From positions 60,001-92,000 of the forward strand of contig JBBIMK010000002.1 of assembly GCA_037444445.1 (NCBI GenBank): a DNA stretch of 32,000 nt, read 5' to 3'. Below are positions 23,784 to 31,049 of this stretch, piece by piece. The stretch comes from a bacterium. GTDB taxonomy: Bacteria > UBP7 > UBA6624 > JBBIMK01. The translations under genes and the position numbers were made by a program. A model generated the notes under the pieces. The model was not told where the DNA came from. It made no database searches and saw only the letters and a list, made by a program, of their open reading frames with translations. The number at the start of each line of letters is the position of its first letter. The first letter of the stretch is position 1.

Positions 23784-24875
23784 ATGTTCATGGAAGAAAG
23801 AAGGAAGAAGAAACCTAAAGCAATTGTGTTATGCTCCGGGGGGTTAGACAGCACCATTGCGGCTCGCTGGATGAAAGAAATGGGTTTTGAAGTGAAAGCC
23901 ATTCATTTCAGCACGGGCTTTTGCGTCTGGGATCATCATCGGAGAATGGGCGGGAAGGATCCGAACTACAAGAAAGGAAAAGTGCACGGTCATCCAGTTT
24001 TACAGGCGGCAGCCGGTATCGGGGTTCCTGTTGAGATGTACGACATCTCGCAGGAATATCACCACATCGTGATGAACCCGAAATATGGGCGCGGCAATGC
24101 CGCCAACCCCTGCATTGACTGCCGGATTTTCATGTTAAAGAAAGCGAAAGAAATAATGGAGGCTGAGGGGGCAGATTGCGTGGTCACGGGAGAGGTTCTG
24201 GGTCAGCGTCCTATGAGTCAACACCGCGCTGCCTTAAACCTGATTGAAAAAGAATCGGGACTGGATGGCCGGCTACTTCGTCCTCTCTCTGCTCGCCATC
24301 TTAAGCCGACTCTTCTGGAAGAGAAAGGGTATCTGACACGGGAGCAACTCCTGCAATTTTCCGGGCGTGGTCGTCAGGGGCAACTGGCTCTGGCAAAACG
24401 ATGGGGAATTTCAGGATATGCCCCTCCGGGCGGTGGGTGCTGTTTTCTTGCCGATGAGAACTTTGCCAGAAAATTCCGGGATTTGCTAAAATATCAGCCG
24501 AAGGAAAAAATTCAGCACGAAGACCTGTGGCTGTTGAAAATTGGCCGCCACTTCCGTCTCTCCTCGCAGGCAAAACTCATCCTTGGACGCCATGAGGGTG
24601 AGAATACTCTTCTAAGAGAGTGCAGGGGTGACCGATGGTGGCTGAATGTGAAAAGCCATCCCGGCCCTTTCGGCTTGATGATAGTTCATCCACAACTCAC
24701 TGAGAGTCCACCTTCAGAACTTTCTACTGCAGGGCGGATTGCTGCTTACTATAGCGATGGACGTCACACCTCCCCAATTACCATTGAATATGGACTCGGA
24801 AGTGCTCTCCATTCTCTTCTCGCTTTTTCTTCCATTGACATAACTCCTGACCTCTTATCTTCACTCCACATTTAA
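23784..24875 (+). CDS. PP-loop ATP pyrophosphatase, MnmA/ThiI-like tRNA sulfurtransferase homologue
   Basis: PP-loop SGGLDS at aa 18-23. NPCIDCRIFMLKKA resembles the MnmA Cys102 region. GGGCCFLADENFARKFRDLL resembles the MnmA Cys199 region (ICFIGERKFREFL). TGEVLGQRPMSQ resembles ThiI TGESLGQVASQ. 363 aa with no THUMP domain. Confidence 0.75.
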   Translation: MFMEERRKKKPKAIVLCSGGLDSTIAARWMKEMGFEVKAIHFSTGFCVWDHHRRMGGKDPNYKKGKVHGHPVLQAAAGIGVPVEMYDISQEYHHIVMNPKYGRGNAANPCIDCRIFMLKKAKEIMEAEGADCVVTGEVLGQRPMSQHRAALNLIEKESGLDGRLLRPLSARHLKPTLLEEKGYLTREQLLQFSGRGRQGQLALAKRWGISGYAPPGGGCCFLADENFARKFRDLLKYQPKEKIQHEDLWLLKIGRHFRLSSQAKLILGRHEGENTLLRECRGDRWWLNVKSHPGPFGLMIVHPQLTESPPSELSTAGRIAAYYSDGRHTSPITIEYGLGSALHSLLAFSSIDITPDLLSSLHI

Positions 24876-25124
24876 CCAGATGGCAAGCACTGGAAGCTTT
24901 CTCCCCCTTTTTCTCTGAATAACTGAAGGCTTACAATCTAAACAGAGTGCGTTCTTTTTTAGTCCAAATTTTGGAGCAATGAAGCCAGATTGAACCAGGA
25001 ATATCGGAAAAGTGTGAAGCGGCACAGGCTATCCAGTCTATGAGAACTCAGAATAAAAACTCTCCGTTCAGCATCTAATTGGTGTGAGATTGTGGTAATG
25101 TGATAATATACTTTAAGGAGAATT

Positions 25125-25397
25125 ATGGGAGAGGAAGGGCGAGACTTATTACGGGGAATTTATAAGGAGCGGGGATACTTGAAGCAAAAGCAGGGGACGA
25201 AAACCAGTCATTCAGGTTGGGAAATACGCCTGGCAACCTTGAATGAGAAGGAGGCTCGTGCTGTCCGCAAGGCTCTTCGTTCTCTTGGATACACCGTAGG
25301 GAAGCCTTACAAAAAGCATAGCCGGATTATCATTCCTATTTATGGAGAAGGCCAAGTCAATAGTTTTTTGGATGATATTTCTGAGGGGAAACGGTAA
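25125..25397 (+). CDS. Small hypothetical protein (90 aa), possibly a degenerate LAGLIDADG-like fold
   Basis: Strong SD AAGGAG 4 nt upstream of the ATG. The stop lies 11 nt before the cysteine desulfurase start. The predicted helix/strand alternation starts at LLRGIYKERGYL and ends at QVNSFLDDI. Confidence 0.55.
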   Translation: MGEEGRDLLRGIYKERGYLKQKQGTKTSHSGWEIRLATLNEKEARAVRKALRSLGYTVGKPYKKHSRIIIPIYGEGQVNSFLDDISEGKR

Positions 25398-25408
25398 AGA
25401 GAAATCCT

Positions 25409-26560
25409 ATGCGTATACTCTATGTGGACCATGCGGCGACTACGCCATTAGACCCACGAGTGCGAGAGGAGATGAAACCCTATGAGGAAACCCGATTCGG
25501 GAATCCCTCCTCACCTCACTTGCTGGGGCGAGAAGCGAAAAGTGCCATAGAGCGTGCACGCAGGCAAATGGCAATCAGTATCGGCGCCTCTTCTCCTCAG
25601 GAGATTGTTTTTACCTCCGGCGGCACGGAAGCAGATAACCTTGCCATTCTCGGTTATGCACTGGAAAATCAAGAAAAAGGGAATCATATTCTCGTCTCTG
25701 CCGTAGAACATCATGCGGTTCTGCACCCCTGTGAGTTTTTGCAAAAACAAGGTTTCAATGTCACTTATCTGCCCGTGAACTCTTATGGTCAGGTGGACCC
25801 GGATGAAGTGAGAAAGCACCTCACTCCGGAAACCATTCTCATTTCAGTGATGACGGCGAATAACGAAGTAGGAACGATAGAACCGGTGACAGAAATCGGC
25901 CGGATAGCAGAAGAGCGTGGGATTTGCTTTCATACGGATGCAGTGCAGGCATTCGGTCAGATGCCAGTCCAGGTGAAAGATTTCTGTTGCTCTCTTTTGT
26001 CCCTCTCTTCTCACAAAATTTATGGTCCCAAAGGAGCAGGCGCATTGTACGTCCGTGAAGGCACTTCATTGAGTTCCATAATTTTGGGTGGTGGGCAAGA
26101 GAGAAATCGTCGCTCCGGTACCGAAAATGTGGCCGGTATTGTGGGATTCGGTCTGGCTTCGCAACTGGCTTCCCAGGACTATTTCTGGAGAAGCCAGCAT
26201 CTGAAACGATTGCGCGATGCCTTTATCACCCGCATTCAGGAAATTTTTCCGGAGGCAATTCTCACAGGTCATCCCGAACATCGCCTGCCCGGTAACGCCC
26301 ATTTCCTCTTTCCCGGCATTCCCTCTGAAAGCATGATAGCCGGGTTAGACCAGGAGGGCATTGCCGTTTCGGCGGGTTCTGCCTGCGCTTCTGGCTCCCC
26401 GGAGCCTTCCCATGTTTTGAAAGCCATGGGGATTCCTGCGGAACTGGCAAGATGCGCTGTGCGGTTCACTTTTGGAATGGGTAATACAATGGAAGATGTG
26501 GAAACGCTGGTCTCTGCTGTGGAGAAAATTAAAAGCCGGCTCCTGGCTCCTTCTGTGTGA
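25409..26560 (+). CDS. nifS: Cysteine desulfurase (class I, NifS/IscS family)
   Basis: PLP-lysine context SSHKIYGPKGAGALY, RSGTENV, and the active-site Cys loop SAGSACASG. 383 aa. Confidence 0.92.
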   Translation: MRILYVDHAATTPLDPRVREEMKPYEETRFGNPSSPHLLGREAKSAIERARRQMAISIGASSPQEIVFTSGGTEADNLAILGYALENQEKGNHILVSAVEHHAVLHPCEFLQKQGFNVTYLPVNSYGQVDPDEVRKHLTPETILISVMTANNEVGTIEPVTEIGRIAEERGICFHTDAVQAFGQMPVQVKDFCCSLLSLSSHKIYGPKGAGALYVREGTSLSSIILGGGQERNRRSGTENVAGIVGFGLASQLASQDYFWRSQHLKRLRDAFITRIQEIFPEAILTGHPEHRLPGNAHFLFPGIPSESMIAGLDQEGIAVSAGSACASGSPEPSHVLKAMGIPAELARCAVRFTFGMGNTMEDVETLVSAVEKIKSRLLAPSV

Positions 26561-28781
26561 GAATCTGAACCCGATTTTTCTCTTGATTTCCCTGGATACG
26601 AACAACACCATTGAGAAGATAAGGCCTTTTCTGGTGAATAAACAGGAGAGAATGAGAGCGGAGGAATTGAACCTGTCCGCCACAGGCCGATAAATCTGTT
26701 TCTTCTTCATCCACGCACACAGTGAGGGAGGGGGTGAAAATTTCCAGTCTCTCTGATGAAGAACGGTGAACCCGAATCCATTTTTTCTCTCCCACATTGA
26801 AGGTGAGCCAATCACCCGCGGCCAGACCAGAGTATTTCGCAGGTTCTGCGCTTGAAAAGGCAATATGACCCTCGCTTGCCCAGCAATTTGCTCCTTTCTT
26901 CCAACAATCTTCAGGCAGGAAATAAGATTTTACTCCGATATTATGGAGTTGATGAAATAGTTGGTTCACATTGTTCACCGAGAGGGACCCGGGAAAAGGA
27001 AGAATCCGGATTTCCCTGGATTTGTATTTTTTTAAGAGCCGGAGGAGCTCTGACCAGTGAACCGGGCTTCCATCCCCGATTGCCAGGCGGTCACCAGGAA
27101 AATACAGGTAACGGTGAGAGCCACGGTTCCAGGCCACCAGGTCCGGTTGACTTTGTGGGAAAATGACTACGAATAGGAAGACCGGTGGAAATATCATCAG
27201 CCATTTCCGAATACGCCATTGAAAGTTCAACCCTTCAGCAAAGAAGAAGAGGGAAATGAGGAAGAAGGTTAGAATAAGCGGGGATAGACGATGCCCTTGA
27301 ATCGTAGCGATAGGAAATCTGGCAAAAAAATTGGCTACGGTGAGAACCCACCAGAGAAAAGGTTTCAGGATGAGGAAAAGAAGCATGGAAAGCCAGGAAA
27401 AGGGGGGAGGGAGGAAAGAAAGGAGTGTGGCTGTCAAACCCAGGGGAGTGACGACGGCTGCCACCGGTACTACCAGAATATTTGCCAGCGGGGATAAAAG
27501 GGGCACCGAGCCAAAGTAATACATCAGTCCCGGTATTAAAAATATCTGGGATGGTAATCCAAATCCTAACAGGGTTTGCCATAATTTAGGGATGTTCTTC
27601 AAAAATTGAAAGAGGGGAGGGCTTAAAACCGCCATTCCGAGAGATGCGGAAAAGGACAGCTGTAAGGAAGGATGGAGAAGAAGGAAAGGGTCTAATATCA
27701 AAAGCACTGATATGGCAAACCCGAGAGAATTCAGAGCGTCTCTCTGCGTTTCAATGGCAAATCCCAAAATGAGGAGAAGTCCTGTAAGGAATGCGCGGTA
27801 AATTGGGATTCCTCCCAGGAAAATGCTCATCATAAATGTGAGAAAAATGGCGAGAGGAACGACGAAAAATCTTCGTATTCTGAGATATCCGGCTAAAAGG
27901 ATGAGAAGAAAAAGGGAAATGGAAAGATTGGATGCCGAAGGAACAATAAGGTGTGTCAACCCGGATTTGCGAAAGTTTTCTTTCGTCTCCTGAGCAGGCG
28001 GGTAAATGTTTTTGCCCAGGAAGATACTGATGGTATCACAGATTGGTGGATGTTTATCACTCTCGCATTGGCTTTTATTTTCTTTTTTATCTTTCGGATT
28101 TTCACCCTCCTTCTCAGGAGCAAGAGTTTGTGCAGCCTTTTGAATTCCCTCCCGTTGGAAATGTTGTAAGAATAAGGGCCTGGATTTTGGGCTAATCGCA
28201 GGGCGAGTGGGGAGAAGAAGAACCGGCACAAATCGGTGCTGAAGATAGGCAGGGAGGTGCTCCTTTACCCAGGTGCCGAGGAGCGTGATCCTGGCTTCTC
28301 CTTCCACTACATCGCCGAACTTCGGACATCCGGAAGGCATACTGCAAAGTTCATCGCGACCAATCAGAGTGATGACTGTGGGAATTTTTTTGCCATTCAC
28401 AGAGGTAAGGGCAAGGGAGTAAGCGGTGTCTTGAAAAGATTCCACAATGGAGAAGCCGAGTTGACCCTGAAACTGAACCCGCTGAACTCTTGAAAGTTGC
28501 TCTTGAATGGGTCGGATTCTCAATAAAGTCAGTGCAGGCATAGTATATCCCGTTAAAATAGCGATAGACAGGATAATCCAGAGAGGAATGCTTTTTTGGA
28601 GCCAGCGGATTCCAGCAATCCAGAGGAGGAGCGGAAGGACTATTCCCGGTAGGAACGGGAAATAAAGGGCGAGAAAAATACCGATAGATAAGGTAACAGC
28701 AAGAGTAAAAAGAGGACGGAGGCTCAAGTATTTTTCGAGGGTTTCCACCTGTTTCCCTCGGTCAAGACGGTGGAAAGTCAA
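26529..28781 (-). CDS. comEC: ComEC/Rec2-family DNA internalisation channel protein with a degenerate C-terminal MBL-like domain
   Basis: N-terminal TM helices plus a soluble insert, then a long polytopic competence-type core (GLTHLIVPSASNLSISLFL and about 10 further TM segments). The ~240-aa C-terminal soluble domain has no HxHxDH motif. TTG start overlaps the upstream stop (TTGA). Confidence 0.75.
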   Translation of the reverse strand: MTFHRLDRGKQVETLEKYLSLRPLFTLAVTLSIGIFLALYFPFLPGIVLPLLLWIAGIRWLQKSIPLWIILSIAILTGYTMPALTLLRIRPIQEQLSRVQRVQFQGQLGFSIVESFQDTAYSLALTSVNGKKIPTVITLIGRDELCSMPSGCPKFGDVVEGEARITLLGTWVKEHLPAYLQHRFVPVLLLPTRPAISPKSRPLFLQHFQREGIQKAAQTLAPEKEGENPKDKKENKSQCESDKHPPICDTISIFLGKNIYPPAQETKENFRKSGLTHLIVPSASNLSISLFLLILLAGYLRIRRFFVVPLAIFLTFMMSIFLGGIPIYRAFLTGLLLILGFAIETQRDALNSLGFAISVLLILDPFLLLHPSLQLSFSASLGMAVLSPPLFQFLKNIPKLWQTLLGFGLPSQIFLIPGLMYYFGSVPLLSPLANILVVPVAAVVTPLGLTATLLSFLPPPFSWLSMLLFLILKPFLWWVLTVANFFARFPIATIQGHRLSPLILTFFLISLFFFAEGLNFQWRIRKWLMIFPPVFLFVVIFPQSQPDLVAWNRGSHRYLYFPGDRLAIGDGSPVHWSELLRLLKKYKSREIRILPFPGSLSVNNVNQLFHQLHNIGVKSYFLPEDCWKKGANCWASEGHIAFSSAEPAKYSGLAAGDWLTFNVGEKKWIRVHRSSSERLEIFTPSLTVCVDEEETDLSACGGQVQFLRSHSLLFIHQKRPYLLNGVVRIQGNQEKNRVQILTQKEPGAGF

Positions 28782-29566
28782 TCGCGGAAGTCAAACCATT
28801 CTTCGTCTTCCGGTAAAGAAATGAAGTCGTAGATATGACGGGCAGCATCCAGCATGGCTTTATTCTTTCCTTCATCATTCAGCGGGGGCAGGTGGATGAG
28901 GTAGCATCGCCAGGGGCGTGCTCGGCTGGCTATTTGACCAACTCCCCGGGCCGTGGTGTGCCCCTGATAAGAGTAATCTGGCGGGTTTCCTACATCTTCA
29001 TCCAGCGCCCAACATCCGTGAAGTAATAACTCTGCGCCCGCTGCAAAGGAAGCATTCTGCAGGTCAAACACCGTATCCGTATGGTAGGAAAGGAAGTTTT
29101 CAAAGCGAAAGGCAAGGGAGAAAGGGGAGTGAACCTGGTTTCGGACATTCAATGCGACCCCACCAAAATGGTGTTCTCCTTCCTGGATTTCTGCGATTTC
29201 AAAGTCGTAAGGCAGATTGGTTAAAGGGATGGGGAATAATGGACTACAGAAGATGTGTTTCAGGAAATCTTCGCCCGATATGCCGGAGATTTCTCTGGAT
29301 GGCATGAGGAAAGTGACGGTCTTTCCAGCCAGTAAACTGGGCGTGTAGGTTAGCCCCACGGTGTGGTCCAGGTGGTAATGAGAAAAAAGAACGAAGAGAT
29401 GTTTGCAGTAGTCCAACGCTTCTTTGAATTCTGGCAGAGCGAATTTACGGAAGCCGGTGCCCATGTCCACGATGAATCCCGTTTCTCGCTTCATAACGAA
29501 ATAACAAGCGGTGTCGCGCAGGTCGGTAGGCATCCCCCCGTTAGTGCCAAGAAAGTAAACTCGCAT
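28778..29566 (-). CDS. Stand-alone metallo-beta-lactamase-fold hydrolase (RNase Z/ElaC-like)
   Basis: LGTNGGMP...DMGTG, then an intact HxHxDH motif (SHYHLDHTVG) and further downstream His/Asp positions. 262 aa with no signal peptide. Confidence 0.85.
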   Translation of the reverse strand: MRVYFLGTNGGMPTDLRDTACYFVMKRETGFIVDMGTGFRKFALPEFKEALDYCKHLFVLFSHYHLDHTVGLTYTPSLLAGKTVTFLMPSREISGISGEDFLKHIFCSPLFPIPLTNLPYDFEIAEIQEGEHHFGGVALNVRNQVHSPFSLAFRFENFLSYHTDTVFDLQNASFAAGAELLLHGCWALDEDVGNPPDYSYQGHTTARGVGQIASRARPWRCYLIHLPPLNDEGKNKAMLDAARHIYDFISLPEDEEWFDFRD

Positions 29567-29576
29567 GCTAAAAAGT

Positions 29577-29585
29577 ATTATAACA
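29577..29585 (-). promoter_or_regulatory. Candidate extended -10 promoter (TGTTATAAT on the minus strand) for the MBL-comEC unit
   Basis: The reverse complement reads TGTTATAAT. It ends 10 nt before the ATG at 29566, with no SD in between. Confidence 0.4.
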
Positions 29586-29653
29586 GACTACTTTATCCTA
29601 CCCCTGATGAGTTCCTTTCCAGTTTGTCGTATTCAGCCTGCTTTATTGTAGAA

Positions 29654-30814
29654 TTAAGAAGTTCTCTTTTCTATGGGAACATAGTCCAGATTTTCAGGTC
29701 CTTGATACAGGTCTAAAGGTCTGAAGAGGCGATTATCTTCCAGGTATTCCAGACAACGGGCCGTCCATCCGCTGACGCGGGCGACGGCAAATATAGGTGT
29801 GAACAGGTCAATGGGGATACCGAGGAAGGAATAAACGATACCGGAATAGAAATCCACATTGGGGTAAACGCCTTTTTGGCCGTAGCGTTCAATCATAATT
29901 TTTTCAATGAGACTGCCCATCTCAAACCAGGTCATAGAGTTATGTTTTTCGGAGAGCCTCCGGGCATATTCTTTCAGGATGGAGCAACGGGGGTCATAGG
30001 TTTTGTAGACCCGATGGCCAAATCCCATAATTTTCTTTTTGGTGGCGAAGGCATTGGCGAGCCAGGGTTCAACATTTTCAATAGAGCCGATTTCCTGGAG
30101 CATACGCATCACCTGCTCGTTAGCACCTCCATGGAGAGGACCTTTCAGAGTATCAATTCCTGTGACGATAGCCGAGTATAGGTCGGCGAGAGTGGATATA
30201 GTAACGAGGGAAGCAAAGGTGGAAGCATTCATCCCGTGTTCGGCATGGAGAATAAGGCAGACATCAAATATGTGGGTGTCTTCGGCATCCGGTTGCTTTC
30301 CGTGCATCATATAAAGGAAGTTACCCGCGTGAGAGAGGTCAGTTCTCGGAGGGACAAACTCTTTGCCTTCCCGGTATCGGTGGAAAGCAGCGGTGATAGT
30401 GGACAATTTTGCTGTCATCCGTATGGCTTTCCGGAGGTTTGCCTCCGGGTTCATCGTCTCAGTCTCCGGGTCAGTCATTCCAAGGTAACCAATCGCCGTG
30501 CGAAGTGCATCCATGGGATGGGCTCTCCTGGGGAAATGGTAGATGAGGTCTACCAGTTCCCCTGGAATTTCTCGGTTAGTCTTTAAAAGATGATCCAGTT
30601 CCTCCAGTTCAGTTTTAAGAGGCATTCGTTTGTGCCACAGGAGGTAGCAAACCTCCTCAAAAGTGCTATTCTGAGCCAGGGTCTGAATAGGGTATCCGCA
30701 GTAGATGAGTCGTCCTCCCGTGCCGTCCACCAGGCTGAGAACGCTTCTGGCCGCAATCACGCCTTCCAGGCCTTTGGAAAATTCGGCTTCCGCTGTTTTC
30801 ACTGCTTCTGGCAT
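29654..30814 (-). CDS. gltA: Citrate synthase (short ~380-aa type; 2-methylcitrate synthase not excluded)
   Basis: Motifs GLEGVIA, HAEHGMNAST, GFGHRVYK and RPLDLY. A perfect SD AAGGAGGTG lies upstream. Confidence 0.92.
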   Translation of the reverse strand: MPEAVKTAEAEFSKGLEGVIAARSVLSLVDGTGGRLIYCGYPIQTLAQNSTFEEVCYLLWHKRMPLKTELEELDHLLKTNREIPGELVDLIYHFPRRAHPMDALRTAIGYLGMTDPETETMNPEANLRKAIRMTAKLSTITAAFHRYREGKEFVPPRTDLSHAGNFLYMMHGKQPDAEDTHIFDVCLILHAEHGMNASTFASLVTISTLADLYSAIVTGIDTLKGPLHGGANEQVMRMLQEIGSIENVEPWLANAFATKKKIMGFGHRVYKTYDPRCSILKEYARRLSEKHNSMTWFEMGSLIEKIMIERYGQKGVYPNVDFYSGIVYSFLGIPIDLFTPIFAVARVSGWTARCLEYLEDNRLFRPLDLYQGPENLDYVPIEKRTS

Positions 30815-30975
30815 TTTTTACCACCTCCTTATGTTTTCATCCAGTGTATTACCTTACACGATTTTGAGAGAAAAACAAGAGAGATATGTCATTTTGAAAT
30901 GTGACTTATATCATACTCCTACTATCAGATTTAAAGTTTCATTACACAGTGGTGGATGCTGGGAGAAAGAGGGGC

Positions 30976-31004
30976 TTGACCCTGAACGAAAAAATGAATA
31001 TTCT
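30976..31004 (+). promoter_or_regulatory. Candidate promoter TTGACC-N17-TATTCT upstream of the glutamate dehydrogenase gene
   Basis: The -35 is 5/6 and the -10 is 4/6 at 17-nt spacing, about 45 nt upstream of the ATG at 31050. Confidence 0.3.
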
Positions 31005-31049
31005 TATATCGCTATTCAGAAAAAAAAATTTCAGGAGGTGTGTTAAAGA

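Noticed and set aside
23784-24875. The PP-loop protein as LarE, the sulfur-inserting partner of the LarA-like gene at 9425-10720
   Set aside because: It is 13 kb away and about 90 aa longer than typical LarE. Its Cys-containing motifs align better by eye with the MnmA Cys102/Cys199 regions and with the ThiI core. It is adjacent to RNA-related genes. A profile search is still needed to exclude LarE.
26345-26863. A 172-aa minus-strand ORF and a 73-aa plus-strand ORF spanning the nifS/comEC junction
   Set aside because: They overlap two well-supported genes in other frames, have no motifs, and their composition is typical of out-of-frame translation.
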